UHGV virus genome: UHGV-0137970
DNA: 38,160 nucleotides
Reading direction: 5' to 3' (one strand)
From: a virus
Notes under the pieces: generated by a model
Databases searched by the model: none
What the model was told of the DNA's origin: nothing
The model's input: only the letters and a program-made list of their open reading frames with translations
Position numbers and translations under genes: made by a program
Part shown: one piece after another, positions 22,901 to 32,350 of the stretch
Numbering within the stretch: position 1 is the stretch's first letter
Layout of the letters: each line of letters starts with the position of its first letter

Positions 22901-24891
22901 TTAATTTTATCACTTAAATACACTTCAACAACTCTTCTACCATCTTTATTTATAATTCTTGTTTCTCCTAGAGAATCCATAGTTTTTTTACCTTTATATG
23001 AAAAATCTATATCATACCCAATTTGATAACTGTTTATCATATCTTCAATGGAATTAACATTATATTTCTTTCTAACTATTTCTCCAACTCTTTTTTGGAT
23101 TTTTAAAACACTATCTTCTAGTCCTAATTTAGAATTATATTTTTTATCAAGTCCAAGAGATTTACTAACCATTGACACAAGGTCTGCTTCTGTAGCTGGT
23201 TTTATAGGCTCTGGAGTTCCGTTCATATCATCTACTATATTTTTAATTGGTTTTTTAGGAGTTATATTTTCTTTAGTTCCTTTTGTAGCTTTAGTGTCTA
23301 ATTCATAAATATTACCTAAATATCCGTGGTCTTTTGTTAAAGTTAGTTCTCCATAGTATTTTTTACCATTTAATTCATATTCAAATTGAATACGCTCATC
23401 ACCTTTTAACCATTTCTTTTTAATATATACAGGGTTTCTGTCAGCGTTTAAATTGCTTTTAACAGTATAAGGTATTTTATCAATATTGCCCCTTACAAAA
23501 TTAACCTTTGCTCCTGAAGGAATTATCCCCTCTTTTTCAAGTCTTGTAATTAATGTGCCTTTTGGAAAATCTTTGTAATTATGCTTAATCTTAGTTCTGT
23601 TGTTTATAAAAGTTTCTTCATCAACTCTAAATAGTTGTGTTCTTTCATCTTCGAATATAGGGTTATAACTATTTATTATGGAGTTAATATTGCTATTTAT
23701 CTCATCTACTGCACCTTGTGTATCAAATCTTATATCAGTTATCTTTTTAGAATCAAACATATCTAAGAAGTAATCAAAGGCTTCTGCTTCTTTTTCAGTA
23801 AGCATACCTTTATCTCTCACTGCTTTTATAAGGGCTACAAAACCTTTCTCATCTTTAGAAATATAGTTAGTAAAATCAGTACCATTTTTTATAAAATCTA
23901 TTTCAGGGTCTGAAATAACTTTTTGCATAATTATTCCAGCTCTATTTTTAGCCTCTGCACTACTAACTTCATTAACATACAAATGCTTATCAATAACCGC
24001 TTGTTCAGAGCCAGCAGTTCCTTTAATATCATTTATTTCTTTTAAATTATCCACTGTCTTAGTGATGTTATTGTAATCTCTAACAGTTGTATCACCCTTA
24101 TTTATAGCCGATTCTGCGTCTATTTTTTTAGAAGCGTCTTTAAAAATATTAAGAGCTAGTTCTCTAGTAACCTTTCTATTTGCCATACTATCTAATTTTT
24201 TACTAGCGGCATTTATTCCAGCTTTAACTCCATAACCTAAGCCTTGGAAAATCAAAGCCCCTCCAGCTCCACCACCAAAGGAATATATATTTTCTTCTAA
24301 GGTTTGGAATCTATTGTCAGTGAAATATGTGTCAACATTATCTTCTACTAGATTTTCAAAACCATTCAAAACCATAGCAGTACCTATTTTACCTATTGTT
24401 GTAGTAGCTCCAATATATCCAGCAACAACTGGTGAAAATAAGCTAGTCCCTACAAGTGCTGGTAGTTGTCTTAAATCTGTTACTACTCTTAAGCTTTCAG
24501 CCGCCATACTAGCAGTAAATCTTTGAGTGGCATTAGGCTCAATTTCTATCTTCCTTCTATATTCCTCTCTAATATCATCAGTAAGGTTTTTATATTTGAT
24601 ATGGTTTTCCTCTGCTCTTCTTATAAAGTCTATGGGTTGAGTTTCTCCTGTTGCCGCTTTATACGCCGCTCTTAGCCAAGAATAATATACAGATTTAGCG
24701 GTGTTTTTTGCACCGCTAAAAATATCTCCAACTATTTCTAATTGTGGTATATCATATGAAGTTTTCCCCATTCTTGAAGAAAATCTATCAATCTCCTCTT
24801 TATGCTGATTATAATAGTTAGTATCTATTTTATATCCTGTAGCTAGATTTGCTTCTATTGCATTTTCTCCTATTCTAACAGCTTCTATCAT
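19999..24891 (-). CDS. giant internal virion / DNA-ejection protein (T7 gp16-like position, 1630 aa) with an embedded HExxH zincin motif
   Basis: Size and position between gp15-like gene and terL. HEIQH at residues 675-679 (nt 22855-22869) preceded by GVMR. Gly-rich stretch FGGGAGGALIFQGLGYG. Confidence 0.55.
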   Translation of the reverse strand: MIEAVRIGENAIEANLATGYKIDTNYYNQHKEEIDRFSSRMGKTSYDIPQLEIVGDIFSGAKNTAKSVYYSWLRAAYKAATGETQPIDFIRRAEENHIKYKNLTDDIREEYRRKIEIEPNATQRFTASMAAESLRVVTDLRQLPALVGTSLFSPVVAGYIGATTTIGKIGTAMVLNGFENLVEDNVDTYFTDNRFQTLEENIYSFGGGAGGALIFQGLGYGVKAGINAASKKLDSMANRKVTRELALNIFKDASKKIDAESAINKGDTTVRDYNNITKTVDNLKEINDIKGTAGSEQAVIDKHLYVNEVSSAEAKNRAGIIMQKVISDPEIDFIKNGTDFTNYISKDEKGFVALIKAVRDKGMLTEKEAEAFDYFLDMFDSKKITDIRFDTQGAVDEINSNINSIINSYNPIFEDERTQLFRVDEETFINNRTKIKHNYKDFPKGTLITRLEKEGIIPSGAKVNFVRGNIDKIPYTVKSNLNADRNPVYIKKKWLKGDERIQFEYELNGKKYYGELTLTKDHGYLGNIYELDTKATKGTKENITPKKPIKNIVDDMNGTPEPIKPATEADLVSMVSKSLGLDKKYNSKLGLEDSVLKIQKRVGEIVRKKYNVNSIEDMINSYQIGYDIDFSYKGKKTMDSLGETRIINKDGRRVVEVYLSDKINDLDTELGVMRHEIQHIIDLYQNPDFKSKAFSYIDGMEDSTIEEVLNKVGSGHFAGFDDTYFEISYILRNQMDNLVRDGKIDDEVAEILKLEIPKNADSLDAKVTESIVKGAMAENDPAVAIAKLRKELSTYTKWKKDLYDIFFNANTTAEATTNVGEWLETNLFIPFEKVDQQMKGMILGLMEIEDKMGSILSPKELCDTFDKGGLARYLFRWDSKLPDNLKYLEPKLLETKKEFYKIMKDLTQGSELTPEDIINNFMFDQGLSVEKYLQKEELVKFLDENKNLDLGKLIRGKMSFDDVTGIEIPERLRNIRDRFAEENLEFFRSAPEVLEAKLKSKKKMSKSEILKELERVRNCMSKDDKINLIKKYKLDEVEGVNNYIEKSNFYEDIDSNKIAENILESKKRNAKYMYSMDLMSKRGDIKYNHYLGTHLNRFGRFERYLNEDMLISKDSLRKLVDKNSTGDRNAIHKFINEISAAKAMQEVLPNGGYNTVKHILDRLQEFGANADFQTYARDIEGKMKERIGMRLGVVTKPPKQFLDKAVINLLSLSNKVSLTGFKAFKDFAFEAPTIARASTMLYGRSGIVDTIKQFMKAAQVLHLSKEMYDKVDKAMGKRFENSVPIKFISSVMDSADDYVGLRHERMMKYGSKAEKAMSSVDNGLNKLNLYGETQKIMKLASFFIASETLRDIGKYTDIDDLFKHNTNYMKRLFDNVGINDLDYHFIKKLDTIQSFREGIFSEVDVFDMITKTDMEKKLGRVLADEEFELMKKSVSDKIVKLYDKIATDVSPTEANPSMRAAIENIRNPVHRNFMRLMGNFKTSINEQWRRLGRDFYLSNMNDGKFDWGNKIWQKRLFKHLAALPVFYGGIALISDPEFYADPVATINDKVDELIDNPGSNFWNLVDTQINTWALVNGAAAVRRPITISQNLLKGDIDKAFVNMMKLGIGTSNFNLATGAYEKFQDIEDEF

Positions 24892-26948
24892 TTATCCACC
24901 TCTATATATTGAATTTTTCCTTGTTCATCTCTTAAAGGTTGATTACCATAAGTTAAGAATACTTTATTACTTCCAAGCTCATTAGTAACATTTATTAAAG
25001 ATGGTGCAACCTCTAATTTTTTTACTTCTCCTTTTTCATCTGTTGAAAATACATAAGATTTATTAGTAGCTAAAAATTGATTTATTGAATTTGATGTTTG
25101 AATTGGTGTGATATCTTTACCCACAAATATAACACCTTTAGTTCCTAGGTCTACTGATGTAAAATCTTTAGTCATTCCATCTATAATAACTTTTGTTTTA
25201 GTGTCTAGTTGATCCATAAATTCTTTATTTTCACGTGTAAAGGCATCATAAAGTTGTTGTTGGATATTTTTACTTTGAGCTGCTATTGGCAATCCTATAT
25301 ATTTATCTTTCAATCCTGCTGCTTCTGCTAAATCCTCTGTTATAACTCCTCCTGTATCTTCTATCAATTTAGCTTTAGTTTCAGTAGCTCTAAACTTTAA
25401 AATGTCGTCAGTAGCTCTCAAAGCTCGTTTATCTCCTTTTCTAGCATTAGCTACAAGGGAATTGTATTTAGCTCCTATATCTGGAGCGGCACTTTGTATT
25501 TTTTTTCTAACATCAATGTATTCTCCAGTAACAGGGTCTAGTTCTTTTACAACATCATATTGTTCACTTTGATATTGATTAAGATTTATAACACTTGTGT
25601 CCACAACTTCTTTATTAAAGGTATTAGCGGCTATTCTTTTATTAGGACTATAAGTATCATTCATAATTGAATAAAACTCAACATCGTTATAGTAAGCGTT
25701 AGTTGATAAACTTCCAAGCCCATTTTCCTTATCAGTACTATCTAAATAATCATTTTGTATCTCTTCATTCATTCCGCCTACGAATTGATTTCTCATAGCA
25801 TTTTTATTACCCATTATAACTTCCATTCTAGCATTAGGGTCATCATATAAAGTACTTAGGTCTGCCATTCCTTTAGATTGATATATAGGTTCTAACCCAG
25901 CTTTATAAAACTCTTGTAATGTAGAGAAGTTAGTTCCATAGTAAATATTACTAACTCCTACAAAATCCTTTTCTCCCCATTGGTAATTAGCTGGAAGATT
26001 GTTTTGTTCTGCATAAACTAAAAAAGGCTCTGTTTTACATCTTGTCAATAATTTTTGTTGTTCTATTAAACTCATTTGCTTTTCAGCTTTTCCTCTTCTG
26101 TTAAGCTCTGCTTGAGCTTGGTTTAGTCCACTCTTAAATTCTTCGTACTCATCAGCACCAATCATAAAATCTTCTCCATTGATTTTAGTATTGAAGCCTT
26201 TAAAATGTTCAAAGAACTCTCCAGCAGTCATCTTAGAATAATTATCTAATAAAGCTTGTGCATTAGGTTTATTAATTAGGCTTAGTCCAAAGGCATTAAA
26301 GTTTCCTTTCCATACACCTTTAATTCCTGTGGCAACTTTTGCCATATCTATAATACCAGCATTTCCAGCACTAATCATATTATTAATAACTTGTTGTGTG
26401 CCAGCTAGTGCAGAACTATAATCTCCTAGTGCCATATATCTCTCATTATTTTGTTGTGCCATTTCTTGAGAGTGAATGTAGTTGTCTAGGGTCACTTTTT
26501 CTTGGTATTCATAGTTTTTTACTAAAAAATTATTTTCAGCCATTTGTAATTTTTGTCTAAAACGTGCTTCAAAGGCGTCGGCATATTCCATATCATACCC
26601 TTGCTCTAATGAAGTCTTTCTATATGTAGCTATTTTTTCTTCTATTTTAGCCTTTAAAGCATTTATTCCCTCATCTGTCTTGTATATATCCTTGTTGGTT
26701 TGCATTTCTAACATAAAATTGGATATATCATCATCTATACTTGCCTCTGCTGTAAGCCCAAATGATTTTGACTGAAAATCTTTTAACTTTTGATATGCCA
26801 TTCCTAAGTCCATAATTCCATTAGATACTGCTTTAGTTATGCCTAGTGACATACCACTATCATTTGTACTAGGTGCACTTACTTGTGGAGACCCTATCAT
26901 CTTATTTGATTTAGTAGGGTCTATTATAATTCCTTGGTTATTATTCAT
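24888..26948 (-). CDS. internal virion protein (gp15-like position, 686 aa)
   Basis: Large Q/N/S-rich protein directly upstream of the giant protein with a 4-nt overlap. Assignment by synteny only. Confidence 0.4.
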   Translation of the reverse strand: MNNNQGIIIDPTKSNKMIGSPQVSAPSTNDSGMSLGITKAVSNGIMDLGMAYQKLKDFQSKSFGLTAEASIDDDISNFMLEMQTNKDIYKTDEGINALKAKIEEKIATYRKTSLEQGYDMEYADAFEARFRQKLQMAENNFLVKNYEYQEKVTLDNYIHSQEMAQQNNERYMALGDYSSALAGTQQVINNMISAGNAGIIDMAKVATGIKGVWKGNFNAFGLSLINKPNAQALLDNYSKMTAGEFFEHFKGFNTKINGEDFMIGADEYEEFKSGLNQAQAELNRRGKAEKQMSLIEQQKLLTRCKTEPFLVYAEQNNLPANYQWGEKDFVGVSNIYYGTNFSTLQEFYKAGLEPIYQSKGMADLSTLYDDPNARMEVIMGNKNAMRNQFVGGMNEEIQNDYLDSTDKENGLGSLSTNAYYNDVEFYSIMNDTYSPNKRIAANTFNKEVVDTSVINLNQYQSEQYDVVKELDPVTGEYIDVRKKIQSAAPDIGAKYNSLVANARKGDKRALRATDDILKFRATETKAKLIEDTGGVITEDLAEAAGLKDKYIGLPIAAQSKNIQQQLYDAFTRENKEFMDQLDTKTKVIIDGMTKDFTSVDLGTKGVIFVGKDITPIQTSNSINQFLATNKSYVFSTDEKGEVKKLEVAPSLINVTNELGSNKVFLTYGNQPLRDEQGKIQYIEVDK

Positions 26949-26951
26949 TTT

Positions 26952-27551
26952 CTACCACCCTAATCCTGGATATTTAGGTTTGTTACCAAAAATATCTAAA
27001 TTAAGTGAAGTATTAATAGCTTTTCCGCCTAATACAGTTGAAGAACTTCCAGCTTGTGCAGCACTTCTACCACCACTAATATTGTTAAGGTCTGTTCCTT
27101 TATTTATACTATATCCCATATATGTAGTAGCCATACTCATAAGCCCACTAACCACATTAGAGTAAGCCTCATTTTTCTTAGCTCTAACTTGAGAATCTAT
27201 ATTGTATTTTTGAGACTTCAAGTTGAGATCTATATTTCTCATATCACTTTCCATATCAGCTTTACTATCTAGGAAGTTTCTTTCGTGAACTCTCATACCT
27301 TGTCTAAAGAGTGACCCTGCTTTATCTATTCCAGCATTAGCAAATATTGCAGACTGTGAGGCTAGCTCCGATGTCTGCTTAGAAAATATATCTGTATACT
27401 GTTCTATTACTGCTGTTCTTTGAGTTTCAGCATTTAATTCAGCAGCCTTTTTTTGAACTCCTCCCTCAAGTTTTGCTTGCTTGGCACTATTAAGACTACC
27501 TATAATATTTACTCCTTGTGAGAGTAGCATTGCAGCTAACATAAAACTCAT
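26952..27551 (-). CDS. internal virion protein (gp14-like position) with N-terminal TM
   Basis: Start set at MSFMLAAMLLSQGVNIIG (the ORF-track start at 27602 would overlap the upstream gene by 50 nt). Synteny-based. Confidence 0.35.
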   Translation of the reverse strand: MSFMLAAMLLSQGVNIIGSLNSAKQAKLEGGVQKKAAELNAETQRTAVIEQYTDIFSKQTSELASQSAIFANAGIDKAGSLFRQGMRVHERNFLDSKADMESDMRNIDLNLKSQKYNIDSQVRAKKNEAYSNVVSGLMSMATTYMGYSINKGTDLNNISGGRSAAQAGSSSTVLGGKAINTSLNLDIFGNKPKYPGLGW

Positions 27552-27552
27552 A

Positions 27553-29364
27553 TTACTCGTCCTCCTGTTGTTCAAAATCTCTAATTTCAGCAAATATACC
27601 AACTATTTCAATAGGGTTATTATTCATCTGCTTTATATAAAGTTCCTTTTTACCTGTATTAGGTATAGTTACAAAATGGACTTTATCTGATGGAACGTCC
27701 TCTAGTTTTAAGGCATGTTCTTTTCTTTTACCATTGACTTCTAAATCATAATCGCCTATAACAACCATTTTAACTTGCCCTATTGTAGTTCTTTTAAAGA
27801 ACTCTGGAACATCTGTACGCACCTTTTGACTTAAAGAAGTTTCAGCTAATTTAAACTCTAAAGGCTCTACATTGGTATCTGAATAAGTGTATATGTTAAT
27901 TTCATTTCCAGTAGCATTGAAGATATATAATTTATCATCAACATTGACATACTCATTAATCCCTTGTAACTTGTTACATCTTGTCCAGCATATAATATCC
28001 TCTTCAAATTTATAACTTAATGCCCTTGCCTCTTCTCCACAATCTACTCCTATAAGGTTATTTTTCTTATGCTTAAAGAAATAGATATCTTCTACATTAT
28101 CAAATAAGTGATTGCTATATGTTGATACTTCCATAGTCTTATAAGCACTATCTGCCCCTACATCTTGTATTTGGAATATTCTATTAGAAGTATCTACATA
28201 ATAGATAGCGTCGTCAGATTCTGTCCAATACCCTAATCCTTTAGGTCTTGATAGTTTTTGGTCATAGAACTCTGATGTCTTAGGAGTAAGACCTGTGTTA
28301 AGTTGAGTTGAGAAAAATCCCTTGTCAGTAACTGCTATTAGAGATTTATACGATATAAAATCAACTACTGTATTAACCTCATTACCTGCAAGGAAAGTGG
28401 TAAATCCGTCATTATCCTCCGTTGACTGTCTAAAATTAAGAGAGTCAAAGACACGAGATGATACGACACAACTTGGATTCCCTGCAACGTTACCAAATAT
28501 AACTCTTCCTTTATACTCTGTAACAACTGCTGGATAACCTTTTCTAAATAGATTTTCTGAAAAAACTATATCCAGGATATTGATTTTTTTCTTTTCAAGT
28601 TCTACGCTTTTATCTGGAATTTCTATATTCCCTCCAGGGGCTGTTACTTGAGATGTAGTTATTTTCTGCTTTCCACTAGTATTTTCAATCTTAGATATTC
28701 TGAACTCTCCACCCATATATGAAATAGTACCTTTTTCAAAGTTTTCTAAGAAACTAGGCTTATATACAGGATTAGAAAGAGTGCTTTCAAAGATAATCTT
28801 AGAACCATCTTGATACCAAGTAAACACAAGCTTGTCAGTATCTGTATATTGATACTCACTTTCTACTGCTTTTACAGGTGGATTTGTTATACTTTTCCAA
28901 TATTCAACTACTGTAAACTCTGGTGTAGCTTCATCTACTCTTACCATTACAGGCTCTTTATTAGCTACGCAACTTATAACAGAGTTCTCAAATTGTGTAA
29001 TACTAAGTTTCTTTATCTCTTCTGGTGTATAAGTTGTAGGAATTTCTTTAACTACTTGGAAATTATCCATTCTTAATACCAATACTTTTTTGTTTGTATA
29101 TAAGAATAGATACCCACTAAGTGAGGTATCTTTCTTATTGATTTTATATTTGAAAAGTTTAAAACCCTCAATTGTTCTAAGTTCGCTAGCTACTGATATA
29201 GTATTTATTTTTTCAAAGCTTGGAAAATTAATCAACCCTGCACTATCAGATGTAAGACCGTTTTTAAGATACGCAAGTCCTTTAGCTGGTATTTCAGTTT
29301 CTACTCTATACCTTAGTCCTGGGGAAATTTCCCCAAGACTAAATCTTAATTTACCCTCAAACAT
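27553..29364 (-). CDS. tail tubular protein B-like (nozzle) or other major tail structural protein, 603 aa
   Basis: Beta-rich, acidic. Immediately follows the tubular-A-like gene with a start/stop overlap. Confidence 0.4.
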   Translation of the reverse strand: MFEGKLRFSLGEISPGLRYRVETEIPAKGLAYLKNGLTSDSAGLINFPSFEKINTISVASELRTIEGFKLFKYKINKKDTSLSGYLFLYTNKKVLVLRMDNFQVVKEIPTTYTPEEIKKLSITQFENSVISCVANKEPVMVRVDEATPEFTVVEYWKSITNPPVKAVESEYQYTDTDKLVFTWYQDGSKIIFESTLSNPVYKPSFLENFEKGTISYMGGEFRISKIENTSGKQKITTSQVTAPGGNIEIPDKSVELEKKKINILDIVFSENLFRKGYPAVVTEYKGRVIFGNVAGNPSCVVSSRVFDSLNFRQSTEDNDGFTTFLAGNEVNTVVDFISYKSLIAVTDKGFFSTQLNTGLTPKTSEFYDQKLSRPKGLGYWTESDDAIYYVDTSNRIFQIQDVGADSAYKTMEVSTYSNHLFDNVEDIYFFKHKKNNLIGVDCGEEARALSYKFEEDIICWTRCNKLQGINEYVNVDDKLYIFNATGNEINIYTYSDTNVEPLEFKLAETSLSQKVRTDVPEFFKRTTIGQVKMVVIGDYDLEVNGKRKEHALKLEDVPSDKVHFVTIPNTGKKELYIKQMNNNPIEIVGIFAEIRDFEQQEDE

Positions 29365-29870
29365 TAGTTCAAATCCTCCAAATCAAATCCCATTAGTCCG
29401 TTGTCAAATGTCAGTTTCTCCTCTTCAAGTTGCATAAGAGAAGCAAGTCTAGTTATTGCTTTAGCTTTACCAACAGAACTACAAATAGCAGTAGCAAGCC
29501 ATAAAGCTGTAAGTCTTTCGTAAGTGTCTGGGATATCTTCAAGATCGAGTTTCTTTTTGTATGTACATTCAACCTCTGCTTCATCACTTAAAAGGACATC
29601 TCCAAACTCTGCTATTCCTGGAGTAAGATTCTTTAAAAATCCAGTAGGTTTAGCGTACTCGTATCTATCTGTATATCTTTGCCTATCTAGTAACTTTAAT
29701 CTTTCTTTAGCTAAATTGAAATTAAACCTAGTATCGTTTTGTATTTTTAGAACTATATCGTTAAAATAAAAGGACGCCGTTTCAAAGTTGACATCCTCTT
29801 GTAAATCCTCATCGGCGTATGGGTAACCTAATTCGAGGAAAGCCATTTTTATTATTTTGTCTTTATTCAT
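29364..29870 (-). CDS. tail tubular protein A-like (gatekeeper/adaptor), 168 aa
   Basis: FYFNDIVLKIQNDTRFNFNL resembles the ILNKINRQIQSRGWTFNIE segment that I recall from T7 gp11. Size and position fit. Confidence 0.4.
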   Translation of the reverse strand: MNKDKIIKMAFLELGYPYADEDLQEDVNFETASFYFNDIVLKIQNDTRFNFNLAKERLKLLDRQRYTDRYEYAKPTGFLKNLTPGIAEFGDVLLSDEAEVECTYKKKLDLEDIPDTYERLTALWLATAICSSVGKAKAITRLASLMQLEEEKLTFDNGLMGFDLEDLN

Positions 29871-30093
29871 CTTTCACCTCTCTAAAATTAATTCTTTTTC
29901 TTGCATTGAATTTATTAAAGTTAGCTATAAAATCACTGGTAGGCTCAAATAAATTACATACATATTTTTCTGGACAAGCAATAACATCTTGGAGTTTTTT
30001 ACAATATGAAACTCTTTCTGTTAATTCTTTACTAGGTGTCACTTCTCTTACTTTACAATTATAACAACACTCTCTAATTTCTAAATTTTTCAT
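29863..30093 (-). CDS. Cys-rich small protein (76 aa), paralogue of 30263-30502
   Basis: RECCYNCKV...(12)...C...(10)...C..FEPT, compared with FECCKHCIY...C...C.YYEPT. Confidence 0.45.
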   Translation of the reverse strand: MKNLEIRECCYNCKVREVTPSKELTERVSYCKKLQDVIACPEKYVCNLFEPTSDFIANFNKFNARKRINFREVKDE

Positions 30094-30263
30094 ATATCCT
30101 CCTCAGTATCTATAATAAGCTTAACTGTTGAACCTCCAAAATCTTCCTCACTTCTTACTATGTCAAATAACACAAGTCCTAACATATCCTCTTTTTCACA
30201 CGCTACAATTTCCATATCCTCGTCATAGTTCTCTAGTTCTTTTATTAGTTCTCTTACTGTCAT
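30090..30263 (-). CDS. small acidic protein (56 aa)
   Basis: Manual translation MTVRELIKELENYDEDMEIVACEKEDMLGLVLFDIVRSEEDFGGSTVKLIIDTEEDI. TAATG and ATATGA overlaps with neighbours. Confidence 0.35.
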   Translation of the reverse strand: MTVRELIKELENYDEDMEIVACEKEDMLGLVLFDIVRSEEDFGGSTVKLIIDTEEDI

Positions 30264-30502
30264 TATTTCACATCTTTTGTATTTTCTTTCTTTAGATCTA
30301 AAAATTTTTGTGTAGGTTCGTAGTAACCACAGATAGTATTTAAAGGTTTGCTAATTTTAAATAAAAATAAGTCACAGAAATTTTTAAGTTGACCATTAAA
30401 ATTTTTTTGATCAAAATATATACAATGTTTACAACACTCAAAAACAGGATCTTGCATTACAATTCCTAAAATATGCAATAATTTATTTATTGTTTTTTTC
30501 AT
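30263..30502 (-). CDS. Cys-rich small protein (79 aa), paralogue of 29863-30093
   Basis: Shared Cys spacing and EPT motif. Confidence 0.45.
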   Translation of the reverse strand: MKKTINKLLHILGIVMQDPVFECCKHCIYFDQKNFNGQLKNFCDLFLFKISKPLNTICGYYEPTQKFLDLKKENTKDVK

Positions 30503-30510
30503 TGTTACTT

Positions 30511-31029
30511 CTACCCCTCCGTAACTGTTATAATCATTTCATCTTCAAAGAATCTTTGATATTGATTTAGGTATTTTTTAAACTTATTAAAATCATCTGT
30601 TAAGTTTTCGATTTCAATACTTTTTTTAAAGTGATCATCAGCATACTCAGTTGTTAAAGCAAAAGAGAAAAAACTATCTAGCATGCCATCTGGTAATGTT
30701 TTTTTCTCCTCATCAAAGTCAAATATTTTATATTTACCCTGTTTAGATTTTCTTCCAGCTAAAACAAAAATATAGTTTTCAATATTTTTAATCAATTTAT
30801 CTCTTGCTCCATAACTTAAAAAAACATCACTCTCGTCATAAATACTTAATATTTTTTCGATTGCATTGTGCATTTTAGTCATAAGACCTTTTTTATGAGG
30901 AGATAACCAACCATCGTTGTATTTAATTTCATCTCCCCAAATCTTTATATGATGTTCAAGATTTTCACAAATTATAAACAAACACATAACCATTCTTGCT
31001 ATATTCTTCTCTTTTATAACTTTTGGCAT
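30511..31029 (-). CDS. hypothetical 172-aa protein, translationally coupled (TAATG) to the upstream 71-aa gene
   Basis: ORF plus coupling. No family recognised. Confidence 0.45.
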   Translation of the reverse strand: MPKVIKEKNIARMVMCLFIICENLEHHIKIWGDEIKYNDGWLSPHKKGLMTKMHNAIEKILSIYDESDVFLSYGARDKLIKNIENYIFVLAGRKSKQGKYKIFDFDEEKKTLPDGMLDSFFSFALTTEYADDHFKKSIEIENLTDDFNKFKKYLNQYQRFFEDEMIITVTEG

Positions 31030-31244
31030 TATAAAACACCTACTTCTTTTAAAATATCTATTTGCTTTTCTACTACATCTAGCTCTTGCATAGTTTTCAT
31101 CATATCAATAGAGGCTGAAATAGTTCTAATATTTGCTTCCTTAAAACTTATCACTCTATATCTAGCAAGAAAAAAATAAAATCTATATTTCAATCTAAAA
31201 ATTATTACATCAATTATTTCTCTTAAACTTTTTTTCTTTTTCAT
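31029..31244 (-). CDS. hypothetical basic 71-aa protein, first gene after the 31245-31752 control region
   Basis: ORF. MKKKKSLREIID... helical. Confidence 0.4.
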   Translation of the reverse strand: MKKKKSLREIIDVIIFRLKYRFYFFLARYRVISFKEANIRTISASIDMMKTMQELDVVEKQIDILKEVGVL

Positions 31245-31752
31245 AACTACTCCTTTTAAAAAAATAAAATTACACTTTTAACCGTTTTTCTTTAAAAAAT
31301 TATTTTGAATAATTTTCCACGTAGATAATCTGTATTATATGCAGTTAAATTATTTTAAATAATTTTTTCTCACAAACCCTTGAAAAATAAGGATTCATTT
31401 TTTAATTTTCATTTTTTATTAATTTTTAAACCGCATATTTTTTCTTCAAAATTTGTCCGCGGTATTTTCATAAAAAAGTACCACCTACGGTGGACTTTTT
31501 GACATTTTTTAGCTAATTTGTCCGCGATGTTTTTTTGGTGTAAAAATTATAAAAATATTTTTTCAAAAATAAAATTACATTTTCACACCAAAACATCTTC
31601 TAATTTATGTATCAAAACCTCTCTGAAAAGTGTGGGATATGAAATTTTTTCTTTCTCACACTTTTCAATCAGCTTTGACATTTTCACATGCTTACCCTCT
31701 GACTTTGATTTTCTTAAAAAATATATAAGAGCTTTTATCTTTTCGTCTTCAT
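31245..31752. promoter_or_regulatory. 500-bp non-coding control region inside the late cluster: direct repeats AATTTGTCCGCG(G/A)T x2, hairpin CCACCtacGGTGG + T-run, inverted repeat TTTTGGTGTAAAAAT/ATTTTCACACCAAAA
   Basis: Read directly. The only plus-strand ORF here (31518-31769) is low-complexity and implausible. Confidence 0.4.
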
Positions 31753-32007
31753 TCATTTGTGTATTGTAAATCTCTTTCTAAATTCTTTATCTGGAATAAT
31801 CTCAAATTCAATTTGCCCTATCCCTTTTACTACCCAATCATTAGGATAAACTGTTTCATAGTTTATCTTTAATCTTGGTGGAGTAGTATTTACAAATGAT
31901 ACAGGAATTTCAACAAGCTCCTGTATATCTTTTACACTATTCTTTTTGCCTGTCTTATATTGTTTAGCTAATACTCTGTATCCATCTTCGTTTTTGTATA
32001 TATGCAC
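31753..32007 (-). CDS. hypothetical protein (84 aa)
   Basis: ORF in operon context. Confidence 0.4.
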   Translation of the reverse strand: MHIYKNEDGYRVLAKQYKTGKKNSVKDIQELVEIPVSFVNTTPPRLKINYETVYPNDWVVKGIGQIEFEIIPDKEFRKRFTIHK

Positions 32008-32019
32008 TTTTATCTCCTT

Positions 32020-32340
32020 TTAATCGTATGGTAGTTGTTCTTTTTTAATTTCCTCTTCTATTCTATCTAGTTCTATTCCCTCGTTGTATTTTTCCTCGAA
32101 TTTCTCATAGTCAATGTTTTTAAATTGACCATTAGATTTTTGACTATCAAAGTACATCTTGAGAGCCGTTTTATTCGATACTTTCACTCTAATCTCTAAA
32201 TCTCCATCTTTATAGTTTATAATACAGTTTTTTCCACTTGAGCTTATTCCCACATTTTCGAGGTCAGCCTTTTTGTTATAGTTCTTTCTAAATGTTTTAT
32301 CTAATATTTCTAATATTATAACTCCGTTAAAATCTGCCAT
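32020..32340 (-). CDS. hypothetical protein (106 aa)
   Basis: ORF in operon context. Confidence 0.4.
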   Translation of the reverse strand: MADFNGVIILEILDKTFRKNYNKKADLENVGISSSGKNCIINYKDGDLEIRVKVSNKTALKMYFDSQKSNGQFKNIDYEKFEEKYNEGIELDRIEEEIKKEQLPYD

Positions 32341-32350
32341 ATCACACCTC

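Noticed and set aside
20438-24526. Plus-strand ORFs 20438-20743, 21833-22195, 22235-22510, 22817-23026, 23048-23308, 24314-24526 and similar ones inside other long minus-strand genes
   Set aside because: Antisense frames within well-supported large CDSs. Low-complexity Leu/Ser/Phe-rich translations typical of AT-rich antisense strands. No RBS.
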